This document shows, one piece after another, positions 19,756 through 28,119 of a stretch of DNA of 64,000 nt. The stretch covers positions 96,001 to 160,000 of the forward strand of contig JACOQA010000001.1 in NCBI GenBank assembly GCA_014297435.1, written 5' to 3'. Under the pieces are notes generated by a model. That model did no database searches, was not told where the DNA came from, and was given only the letters and a program-made list of their open reading frames with translations. A program made the position numbers and the translations under genes. This stretch comes from Candidatus Nanohaloarchaea archaeon (GTDB lineage Archaea > Nanohalarchaeota > Nanosalinia > Nanosalinales > Nanosalinaceae). The stretch's first letter is position 1. Every line of letters starts with the position of its first letter.

Positions 19756-19932
19756 ATGGGTATTGAAGAAGCCAGAAACCTCAAACAACAGCTTGTAGAA
19801 GAGCTGGAAGCCATTCAACCGGAAACTGAGTCAAGGAAACATGAGCTAAATCTTCTTATCCGTGATCTTGAGGAAGAACTAGACTATATAGAATCGAGTA
19901 AATTAGCTGAGTTCGATCCGGAAAGAACCTAG
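19756..19932 (+). CDS. small acidic helical hypothetical protein
   Basis: ATG 1 nt after the previous stop; MGIEEARNLKQQL... Confidence 0.6.
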   Translation: MGIEEARNLKQQLVEELEAIQPETESRKHELNLLIRDLEEELDYIESSKLAEFDPERT

Positions 19933-20055
19933 AAAGGAACGTTTTTCTTCTCGTTAAGGAAGGGGGAAAAATTTTATTAGCAGGATTGTCTTTGTCTATC
20001 TGAGCCACTCCCTCTTGATTCCATATAAAAAACTTTGATTCTAGTTTGGATACAA

Positions 20056-20083
20056 GCCTTGATGATCCAAGGTTGTGAAAGGT
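20056..20083 (+). promoter_or_regulatory. K-turn/K-loop in the rpl7ae 5' UTR (probable autoregulation site)
   Basis: GCCTT-GAT-GA...T-GA-AAGGT: stem, 3-nt bulge, tandem G.A; overlaps SD-like AGGTG. Confidence 0.75.
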
Positions 20084-20095
20084 GTTTAACCAATA

Positions 20096-20470
20096 ATGGC
20101 ATACCAGAAATTTGAACCATCGGATACTCTAGCAGAACAAACCTACAACGCAATCGAAAAAGCTGACGACTCAGGGAAGGTCGTTGTCGGAACCAACGAA
20201 GTAACAAAGGCTATTGAAAGAAATGAAGCTGAGCTTGTTGTTATCGCAAACGATGTTTCTCCTGAAGAGATCGTTATGCATCTTCCTGCACTTGCAGACG
20301 AGAAAGACACAGCATTCACTTTCGTACCTGAGAAAGAAGAGCTTGGTCTTGCTGCAGGAATCGGTGTACAGTCGGCAGCTATCGCAGTCACTTCTGTCGG
20401 ACAGGCAGAGGACGAGATTGACGACGTAAAGCTAAAATCCCGTGAACTGCTTGAAAAAGACGAGGAATAA
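20096..20470 (+). CDS. rpl7ae: ribosomal protein L7Ae
   Basis: GTNEVTKAIER, DVSPEEIVMHLP, LG.AAG. Confidence 0.97.
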   Translation: MAYQKFEPSDTLAEQTYNAIEKADDSGKVVVGTNEVTKAIERNEAELVVIANDVSPEEIVMHLPALADEKDTAFTFVPEKEELGLAAGIGVQSAAIAVTSVGQAEDEIDDVKLKSRELLEKDEE

Positions 20471-20476
20471 CGTATA

Positions 20477-20653
20477 ATGGTCGCAGCAAAAGTCGTAGAG
20501 GTAATGGGGGATCAGGGTCACAGAACGGTCCGAAAGCTCCGATGCCGAATCCTTGAAGGAGACGAGGAAGGAAAGATCCTCGTAAGAAACGTAAGAGGAC
20601 CTATCAGGGAAGACGACGTTGTCCACATTAAAGAGACGGAGATGGAGGGATAA
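20477..20653 (+). CDS. rps28e: ribosomal protein S28e (not in ORF track)
   Basis: AKVVEVMG...CRILEG...LVRNVRGPIREDD.V..KETE. Confidence 0.95.
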   Translation: MVAAKVVEVMGDQGHRTVRKLRCRILEGDEEGKILVRNVRGPIREDDVVHIKETEMEG

Positions 20654-20656
20654 AAG

Positions 20657-20809
20657 ATGGAATGTGCATACTGTGGAGAAGAACTCAAGAAGACTGAAGG
20701 AAAGATGTTGGTTCTTTCCTCAGGTGAGAAAGTTCACTTCTGCTCCGGTAAATGTGAGAAGAACTTCAAGAAGGGCAGAAGCCACACTTACGGAAACAAG
20801 GACGAGTAA
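20657..20809 (+). CDS. rpl24e: ribosomal protein L24e (not in ORF track)
   Basis: CAYCG...GKM.V...G...FCSGKCEKNF. Confidence 0.93.
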   Translation: MECAYCGEELKKTEGKMLVLSSGEKVHFCSGKCEKNFKKGRSHTYGNKDE

Positions 20810-20903
20810 AGTCCTTCCGTTTTTACCATTTTAATTTCTCTCAACTTCACGCCTCTCAATTTATAACTTTAAAGTTCTCTCAGTTACTAGGAGGGAACCC
20901 TCG

Positions 20904-22658
20904 ATGCCTCGACAACCGATTCTATCAGTTCTAGGACATGTTGATTCAGGAAAGACAACCTTACTTGACAGAATTAGAGAGTCAAAGATTACTGAAGGCG
21001 AGGCAGGCGGAATCACCCAAATGATAGGTGCTACAGAGGTACCTCTCGAAACAGTTGACGATGTATGTGGTCCACTTCTAGACCAACTGGATACGGAATT
21101 AACAATACCAGGAATACTCTTCATCGATACTCCAGGTCACGCAGCCTTTTCATCCCTAAGAAAACGTGGAGGCTCCATAAGCGACATCGCAGTACTTGTA
21201 ATAGACATCCGGCAGGGAATTCAGCCCCAGACAGAGGAAGCGATACGGATTCTCAAGGACTCAGGCACGCCTTTCGTAATAGCTTTGAACAAGATCGATA
21301 CTCTTCACGGCTGGCAAAGCGAAGATCAGATCTTCTCAAAAAACATCAAGAACCAGAACGACAGGAACAAGAATGCATTAGACGAGAAAGTCTACGAGAT
21401 AATGGGCGAGCTTCATGAAAACTACGAAATAACGGCGGACAGGTTCGACCGTGTCGATTCATTCCAGGAGAAGGTAGCGATGGTTCCTATCTCAGCTATG
21501 ACTGGTGAAGGGATACCTGAACTACTGATGGTTCTTGCTGGACTCTCACAGAACTACCTGGCGGACAGACTAGAAGTGCACGAAGGTGTTGGCAGAGGCA
21601 CAGTACTCGAAGTATCACAGGAAAAAGGTCTCGGAACAACAATCGACGTAATTCATTATGACGGTCTAATTTCCAAGGAGGACAATCTTGTATATGGTAC
21701 TTCTGATGGTGTTGAAGTCACGGAGATAAGAGCTTTACTAGAACCTAAACCGCTACAGGAAATACGTGTTGATAAACACTATGATCGTGTTGATGAGGTT
21801 CACCCTGCTTCAGGTATAAAGATTGCAGGGAAAGAACTTGAGAACGTTATTTCAGGCGCACCCGTAAGAACTGCTTCTGATGAAGAACTTGAAGAAGCAA
21901 AAGAAGAAGTTGAGGAAGAGCTTGAATCGGTTGACTTCGAAACCCAGAAACATGGGGTTGTAGTAAAGGCTGACTCTCTCGGCTCTCTTGAAGCAGTGAT
22001 GAGGGAAATAGGAGATATATCGGTTCAGAAAGCAGACGTCGGTCCTATAACAAAGAGCGATGTAATTAATGTACAGAACGAGGAGCCTGAGGAAAGAGCT
22101 ATACTGGCTTTCAACGTTAAGATGACCGATCAAGGCGAAAAAGCTATCGAAGACGAAGGAATCCAGGTTTTCTCGAGCGAAGTTATCTATGAAATTGTCG
22201 AAAACTACGAGGAATGGAAAGAAGAGCTTAAGGAAAAGAACAGGGAGGAAAGACTTAACTCGATATCAAGACCAGCTAAGATAAGGTCGATGCCTGATCA
22301 CGTCTTCAACCAGTCAAAACCAGCCGTTGTAGGTGTGAAAGTTGTTGAAGGTGTCTTGACTCCGGGAAGCGTTTTGATGTCAATGGATGGCGACAGGATC
22401 GGACGTGTAAAATCGGTTCAAGCCGAAAACGATTCCCTGGATAAGGCAGAAAGAGGTACAGAAGTAGCAGTTTCGATCTCCGGCGCAACAGTCGGAAGAA
22501 GCTTTGAAGAAGGAGACACAATGATTGTAGATGTTTCGGGCGACGATTACCGTGAATTAAGGCAGCTTGACGATCTTTTAGAGGAAGGAGAGAAAAATGT
22601 TTTAGAAGAGATTGTCGAGATAAAGGATAGTAAGGATCCTCACTGGAAAATCGGATAA
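20904..22658 (+). CDS. infB: translation initiation factor aIF5B/IF-2
   Basis: GHVDSGKT, GGITQ.IGA, DTPGH, NKID. Confidence 0.97.
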   Translation: MPRQPILSVLGHVDSGKTTLLDRIRESKITEGEAGGITQMIGATEVPLETVDDVCGPLLDQLDTELTIPGILFIDTPGHAAFSSLRKRGGSISDIAVLVIDIRQGIQPQTEEAIRILKDSGTPFVIALNKIDTLHGWQSEDQIFSKNIKNQNDRNKNALDEKVYEIMGELHENYEITADRFDRVDSFQEKVAMVPISAMTGEGIPELLMVLAGLSQNYLADRLEVHEGVGRGTVLEVSQEKGLGTTIDVIHYDGLISKEDNLVYGTSDGVEVTEIRALLEPKPLQEIRVDKHYDRVDEVHPASGIKIAGKELENVISGAPVRTASDEELEEAKEEVEEELESVDFETQKHGVVVKADSLGSLEAVMREIGDISVQKADVGPITKSDVINVQNEEPEERAILAFNVKMTDQGEKAIEDEGIQVFSSEVIYEIVENYEEWKEELKEKNREERLNSISRPAKIRSMPDHVFNQSKPAVVGVKVVEGVLTPGSVLMSMDGDRIGRVKSVQAENDSLDKAERGTEVAVSISGATVGRSFEEGDTMIVDVSGDDYRELRQLDDLLEEGEKNVLEEIVEIKDSKDPHWKIG

Positions 22659-22667
22659 AAAAATTTT

Positions 22668-23459
22668 CTATTCTGTTTTTGATCTGAACTTCTGACGTGT
22701 TTCAGGTCCGAAGTGCATTAATTCGTAATGAGCTCTAAATTCTTTTGATAGACCCCAACTCATAGGATGATAATAAGGTCCTAAAACTGCGTGCTGTGCT
22801 CCGGCAACATGACCCCAATTATGGATAAGCTGGTTGCCTACGTACTCCCAAGAACGAGTATTAGATACAGCGAAAACATCTTCCTCAACCTTTGTGCCTT
22901 TGTAATCTCCGAACTCGGTGTCAAAAGGTCCCGCTAAACCAGTATACCCATTCTCCATAGTGGATCCTAGCATCCTCTTAATCTCTTTGTAGGCTTCGTT
23001 ATCTTCGTTGTCAAGTTGTTTCACTCCTGATGACTTGATTTTCTCCATGACTTCCTCATCGGGTTCGAGCCTGTAGAAATTGAGATCTACCTCTATGTCT
23101 CCCAGAGATTCGAAGTAGGGCTCAAGTTCAGTAGCTGCATCTTCAAGACCTTTCGGCTCCATGCTTATTCCGACCATTTCGGGATTAAACGGTAGATCGG
23201 ATCTCTGTCCTCCAACTGCTTCATCAAAAACGTAGATATTAACCTGGTTCTCTCCTTTCATCACTTCCTGTGCTTCTTCAGTACCGTGTTTGCTTGAGAG
23301 ACCTAATTCATCGACACCTATCTGTCTATAGGCATTGATAGCGGTATCGGAAGAATGGAATCCGGTCCAGTACTTTAGACCTATACCTGTCTTGCCGAAA
23401 AACTCTCTACGACTCATCGAGGTCAGAGGATTAAACGAACCACGTTCATCGTCTTTCAT
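22668..23459 (-). CDS. twin-arginine protein with a degenerate metzincin-like motif
   Basis: SRREFF near the N-terminus; HNWGHVAGAQH followed by PMS (possible Met-turn). Confidence 0.6.
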   Translation of the reverse strand: MKDDERGSFNPLTSMSRREFFGKTGIGLKYWTGFHSSDTAINAYRQIGVDELGLSSKHGTEEAQEVMKGENQVNIYVFDEAVGGQRSDLPFNPEMVGISMEPKGLEDAATELEPYFESLGDIEVDLNFYRLEPDEEVMEKIKSSGVKQLDNEDNEAYKEIKRMLGSTMENGYTGLAGPFDTEFGDYKGTKVEEDVFAVSNTRSWEYVGNQLIHNWGHVAGAQHAVLGPYYHPMSWGLSKEFRAHYELMHFGPETRQKFRSKTE

Positions 23460-23635
23460 CCTTCAGAGAATATGGTTAGAAACCTTTAGAATCTTTGGAT
23501 GGACTCCTTGCCTTTTCACTCCCCGAACACCGTTAGAGGCATTACAGCCAACACTCTATATGTTTTACAGTGTTAAACAACGTTTAAATAATTAGAATTT
23601 TCCAACTCACCACTCTTTTCGAGATAGGAACACTA

Positions 23636-24193
23636 TTAAGAATTACTTCTTACATATCGGTTGACCATTTCCTGCATCTTCTCAATATTCTCGTCGCTGT
23701 AGGAACGCATCAACAAATCAAGTTCAGTTTCTTCGGAATTAACCTGCTCTAAATCATATTCTAATTCCATAGACAATCCTGAACCTGAATAAACGCCGTC
23801 TTCCGTCTCCTCTAAACCAAAGCTTCCTGTAGCAAACTTCATAAACTGGTCAACAGCCTCAGTCGTTCCAGGAACAGTTTCTTGATATCTAACTTCTCTA
23901 ATATCTGCCACCTCATTAACATCAATAGCATCAGCTTTCCAAACAGTTAGATTTGAAGGAGGAATATCTGCTTCTACCATATCTTCTACCATTTCATCTA
24001 TATTATCTGTTCTTACTGCTCTAACGCTTCCTGGAATAACAGTTTGCTCTTCCGAATGAGATTCTACGTGATACTCAAATCTCTTTCTCTCATCCTCGCT
24101 ATCATAGGCATCAACAACTACAAATTCATCTGCACCTTCATCTCCTTCTTCAAGCCACTCCTCAAAAGATTCTCTCCTATTTTCCTTAGGCAT
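23636..24193 (-). CDS. hypothetical archaeal protein
   Basis: Acidic ORF; VVVDAYDSEDERKRFEY motif. Confidence 0.7.
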   Translation of the reverse strand: MPKENRRESFEEWLEEGDEGADEFVVVDAYDSEDERKRFEYHVESHSEEQTVIPGSVRAVRTDNIDEMVEDMVEADIPPSNLTVWKADAIDVNEVADIREVRYQETVPGTTEAVDQFMKFATGSFGLEETEDGVYSGSGLSMELEYDLEQVNSEETELDLLMRSYSDENIEKMQEMVNRYVRSNS

Positions 24194-24294
24194 ATGTTAC
24201 TTTCAGATAACAAAATTTAAATACATTTGGCGAGTGGCTGATAACATCAACACCAAACCAGAGAAGAGGAAGAAATCCGAATACGGGGTAAGTT

Positions 24295-24369
24295 TGGACT
24301 CTCTGGGATTTGAACCCAGGGCCTTCTCCGTGCCAGGGAGACGTTCTCGCCAGACTGAACTAAGAGCCC
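24295..24369 (-). tRNA. tRNA-Ala(GGC)
   Basis: GGGCTCT...AGAGTCC-A acceptor, TCTCC-CT GGC AC-GGAGA anticodon arm, TTCAAAT T-loop. Confidence 0.95.
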
Positions 24370-24444
24370 TTACTCTGTATTAAACCAAATATTGAGGTAA
24401 AGCCTAAATAACCCATGAACTCTCAGAGTATATTAAGTGTTTAA

Positions 24445-25179
24445 TCAGGAAGAAATATTCTTGGTTTCACTGACGTATTTATCGGCGAGTCTTGTAGGTT
24501 CAGGAAGCTTATATCCGTCACATAATTCTTGAACTATATCTACAGAGGTTTCAGCGGAGACTCTGTGACCGGGAGATATGTAGAGTGGGTTGATTCTTTT
24601 TGATTTAGGATACTGGCGTGATTGGAAAGAATATCCAATAGTTGATTCATTCGCTGTCTCTACTTTGCTATCTGCCTGAATCGGCACACGTTCTCCCTGT
24701 TCAAGATTATCTACTTTTCCTGTTGTTCGACCACAGAGAAGGTTTTTGGCTACTCCGATACTCGGTTTATCGTAAAGAACTCCTACATGTGTGGCGATAC
24801 CGGCTTCTCGGAAATGTATGTGTCCGGAGCCGTCAAGCATCAAGAGATCAGGTTCAATATGCAATTTGTCAAGTGCCGCGACCATTGAAGGCATCTCTCG
24901 AAAAGCCAACAAGCCAGGGATGTAAGGCATTTTCAGTTCTGATACTCCGTGAACCTTCTCAATTACTTCACCGTCTTTCATGGCGACAGCAGCACTGAAA
25001 GCTTTTTCGTCCAGAAATGCCTGATCTATACCGACAACCATTTTGTCTCTAACATTTTCTGCGTTAAAACATTTGCTGTCCTTGGAAAGTGCCTTGCTGC
25101 TTATTTTTCTCTGAAGCTCTTCCATCTCCTCTCTGTTGGATGCTTTTTCTGGAAGGAACTTTTCGTTCGTAATTCTCAT
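24445..25179 (-). CDS. nfi: endonuclease V
   Basis: GID, PYIPGLLAFRE, DG.G..H, GVAK, ISPGH, LPEPTRLAD. Confidence 0.95.
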   Translation of the reverse strand: MRITNEKFLPEKASNREEMEELQRKISSKALSKDSKCFNAENVRDKMVVGIDQAFLDEKAFSAAVAMKDGEVIEKVHGVSELKMPYIPGLLAFREMPSMVAALDKLHIEPDLLMLDGSGHIHFREAGIATHVGVLYDKPSIGVAKNLLCGRTTGKVDNLEQGERVPIQADSKVETANESTIGYSFQSRQYPKSKRINPLYISPGHRVSAETSVDIVQELCDGYKLPEPTRLADKYVSETKNISS

Positions 25180-25380
25180 AATTAGGTCTGTCGCCCGTAG
25201 TGAACACCTACGACTTCTATAGTTCTCAGGTTTTCAGTTCTTCTCGTACATTCTTCGACGTTTAAAACATCCACCTTGCATTCGTAACAACTCGTTATTT
25301 CGAATATGTAAGAAAATCTTTAAGTATAATTCGAAATGTTAGAATAGAATTGTTTTAATGTTTGTATTTCGATATAAAAT

Positions 25381-25403
25381 TACGAGTTTCGAAGTTAATT
25401 TAA
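25381..25403 (+). promoter_or_regulatory. promoter of the DapA-like gene with a candidate Lrp operator
   Basis: TACGA-N2-TTCGAAG-N4-TTTAA; SD GGTGA at 25431; same layout upstream of the Lrp gene. Confidence 0.55.
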
Positions 25404-25445
25404 AGATTCGGCAAACACTGTACGAATACTGGTGAAATCGAAAAA

Positions 25446-26387
25446 ATGACAGAATTTGAACCTACGGGTATCTACCCTGCGGTACCTACCGCAATAGACG
25501 ATGATGGGTCTATAAATTACGATGCACAGCAAAACCATCTAGACTATCTAGAACGAAACGGTGTGCAAGGCGCTGTATTGGCAGGTTGTACGGGTCATGC
25601 AGCAACTCTAGGCGATAGACCGGGCGAAGACTTCTACGATGAACACGTTGAGTTTGTCGCGAAAAATACTGAGGCAACCGATCTTCCAATAATCGCCGGG
25701 GACGGTATGAATTCGACAGCACAGACTATAGAGCTGGCGCAGAGGATTGAGGAAGAAGCGGATATCGAAGCACACTTAATGATATCGCCTTACCAGAACT
25801 GTCCTCCACAAGACCTGAACGTGAGGCATTACGAAGAGGTTGCGTCGGAGCTTGACGAACCTATCATAGCTTACAACGTGCCGGGAAGAACAGGCAGAAA
25901 CCTTGAGCCGGACACTATTATGGAACTTGCAGATACTCCGGGAGTTATCGGAGTAAAGGAAGCATCAAACGATCCTGAACAGATAAGAGAGATCGGTAGA
26001 AGGCTGGAAGAGATTGGTAATGAAGACTTCTTCTTTGGTTCTGGAGATGACGCCAGAAACCACTTGGTATATGATGTCGGAGGTAGCTTCGCCATCAGTG
26101 TATCTGGGAACATCGCTCCAGAGGAAACAGTAGAGGTATGGGAAAAAGGCTACCGGAATAATGATTCTGAAATAGCAGAACAGCTCAACAATGACATGGA
26201 TGATATCCACGAGGCTATGTTCCAGGAGGGGGAGAAGAACCCGATATCTGTTCAGTATGCGGTCAATCAGTTAGGTTTCGACTTCGGAACCCCAAGAATG
26301 CCGCTTGACAGAGAGCCTAGAGAAGATGAAGAGTTCAACAATAGAACAGAGATAGAGGATGTTATGGCGAGTCACGACCTTATCTAA
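25446..26387 (+). CDS. DapA/NanA-family class I aldolase (DapA-like, atypical active site)
   Basis: GCTG, YNVPGRTG, GVKEAS (Schiff-base Lys), SGDD, NP. Confidence 0.88.
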   Translation: MTEFEPTGIYPAVPTAIDDDGSINYDAQQNHLDYLERNGVQGAVLAGCTGHAATLGDRPGEDFYDEHVEFVAKNTEATDLPIIAGDGMNSTAQTIELAQRIEEEADIEAHLMISPYQNCPPQDLNVRHYEEVASELDEPIIAYNVPGRTGRNLEPDTIMELADTPGVIGVKEASNDPEQIREIGRRLEEIGNEDFFFGSGDDARNHLVYDVGGSFAISVSGNIAPEETVEVWEKGYRNNDSEIAEQLNNDMDDIHEAMFQEGEKNPISVQYAVNQLGFDFGTPRMPLDREPREDEEFNNRTEIEDVMASHDLI

Positions 26388-26794
26388 TCTATCTCTCTCT
26401 TCTTCATTATCATAAAGGTCCTTGTGGACTTTACGTCTTCGAGTTCTCTTATTCTGTCTACGACCTCGTTTATCTTCTCTGAAGAAGATCTTGACAGCTC
26501 TATCGAAAGATCATATTCTCCAGCAAGTTCCTTAATTTTTAGCTTAGACGGAAAGTTCTCGATGAGTTCATCGATGTCAGCTTGTGTTGAAAGCTCAACC
26601 ATAACTTCGGCAGATACTTCTGAGTCTGATGAAACCTCAACGGTAAACTTCTCAATCACACTTTTCTCCTGCAATCTTTCGACACGGTTCCTTACTGTTC
26701 CCTCTGAAACACCTATTTTTTCAGCGACTCTGGTGTACGAAGCTCTTCCGTCTTCTTCAAGTATTTCCAGGATTTTCCTGTCGGTCTCGTCCAT
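26384..26794 (-). CDS. Lrp/AsnC-family regulator (LysM-like)
   Basis: DGRASY...GVSEGTVRNRV HTH; GEYD in the RAM domain. Confidence 0.93.
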   Translation of the reverse strand: MDETDRKILEILEEDGRASYTRVAEKIGVSEGTVRNRVERLQEKSVIEKFTVEVSSDSEVSAEVMVELSTQADIDELIENFPSKLKIKELAGEYDLSIELSRSSSEKINEVVDRIRELEDVKSTRTFMIMKKREID

Positions 26795-26820
26795 AAAAAT
26801 ACTTTTTGTGTAGGAAATTG

Positions 26821-26843
26821 TTAAAGTTTCTTCGAACTTCGAA
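26821..26843 (-). promoter_or_regulatory. promoter of the Lrp gene with a candidate autoregulatory operator
   Basis: Minus strand TTCGA-N2-TTCGAAG-N4-TTTAA, ending 27 nt before the ATG. Confidence 0.55.
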
Positions 26844-26845
26844 GT

Positions 26846-27478
26846 CTAGTAGTCGACAAGTGTTACTTCCTCGACTTCTTCGACTCCGCCCTCATCGCCT
26901 ATAGTCACTGAGTATGCTTTTCCTGTCTCCTCTCCCGCAGCGTTCAAGACCTCGGTTCCCAGAAGCGAGTTTTGACCAAAGTCTTCGTGTACGTGACCGT
27001 TCATCCACAATGCGGGACGTTCTTTCAGTATCATTTCACGGAACTGTTCGAAACCGATTCTTCGTCCTGAATGGATTCTGTCGCCTAGCTTGTGTGGAGG
27101 GTAGTGTGAACCTACTATGACTTTGTCGGCATCATGATCCTCCACGAGTTCTTCGAACTGTTGCTTAACGTCGTCAGGGAAGTCGCCGCCAATCAAGACC
27201 AGAAGGTACTTGTCGTCGATATCTGCTTCCAGAAAGTCGTATACTGGTACGTCGTCGCCTTGAATAAAGTCCTCGGAGAACATCATGTCTCTGTTTCCTG
27301 TTGTGCCTAGTCCAGGAATTTCTATCTCTTTGAATAGTTCTTCGGCGTAGTCTTCGTCCATGTAGTCGCCTAGGTTTAGGAAAAGATCGTATTCTCCGGA
27401 GTTTGCTTCTTCTATAGCTGCTTCTTTTAGGTCTTCCTTCGCGTGGAAGTCGCTGGTGACGAGGATTTTAAGCGCCAT
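26846..27478 (-). CDS. calcineurin-like metallophosphoesterase
   Basis: SDFH, LGD, GNRD, HYPP, GHVHE. Confidence 0.9.
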   Translation of the reverse strand: MALKILVTSDFHAKEDLKEAAIEEANSGEYDLFLNLGDYMDEDYAEELFKEIEIPGLGTTGNRDMMFSEDFIQGDDVPVYDFLEADIDDKYLLVLIGGDFPDDVKQQFEELVEDHDADKVIVGSHYPPHKLGDRIHSGRRIGFEQFREMILKERPALWMNGHVHEDFGQNSLLGTEVLNAAGEETGKAYSVTIGDEGGVEEVEEVTLVDY

Positions 27479-27534
27479 AAAACTAAAGTTGAGCCAATAT
27501 TTTTAACTCCACTTCACGTCTCTTCGAACAGAGA

Positions 27535-28119
27535 ATGAAACAAAAATTCTTCCTCGAAAAGCTTCCCGAACGTTTTACGTGGCGTGAGTGCTATGAACTA
27601 TATCTTCTTGTTGAAGGAGAGCGACCGGGCGCGCTTGTGATGGATCCGGACTCGAAGGATGTAGAACTGCTTAAGGATTTCTCGCACAAATTCGGTCTTC
27701 ACTTCTCGGTCGAATCTTCCGACCGCGGTCTTTCGAAACAAGGTTTTTTCGCTTCCCGTGAAAAAGAAAGATTGGAGATTTTGAAATCTGAGGGAAGGTT
27801 TTACGGTCTTTCCGACCGTGCGGTAGGAAGGTTTCTGGGTTATCCGGAAACATCTATAGAATATTTCGAGGAGAATATAGGAGGGAAACCTATCGAACAA
27901 GAGGTTAGGGAAAAGCTATCTGAAATGATTGAAGACGAAAGTGTTGACAAGAAGGATGCTGAACTTCTCGAACTTGTCTGTTTCGTTCCAGCACCTACCA
28001 GGGAATCAGTGAATGAAGCTTTGAAGGTGGCTGAAAGCAGGAAAGAACGTTTGAATAAGAAAGAAACTGGAACGAAATTGTTAGAAAAACTGATGCAGAA
28101 CTGTATCTATAGCGTTTAG
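27535..28119 (+). CDS. hypothetical protein
   Basis: Full-length ORF; GRFLGYP motif seen in several uncharacterised families. Confidence 0.65.
   Translation: MKQKFFLEKLPERFTWRECYELYLLVEGERPGALVMDPDSKDVELLKDFSHKFGLHFSVESSDRGLSKQGFFASREKERLEILKSEGRFYGLSDRAVGRFLGYPETSIEYFEENIGGKPIEQEVREKLSEMIEDESVDKKDAELLELVCFVPAPTRESVNEALKVAESRKERLNKKETGTKLLEKLMQNCIYSV

Noticed and set aside
23500-23510. TGGACTC match to the tRNA-Ala 3' end as a possible att site
   Set aside because: Only a 7-nt exact match and no integrase nearby; expected by chance
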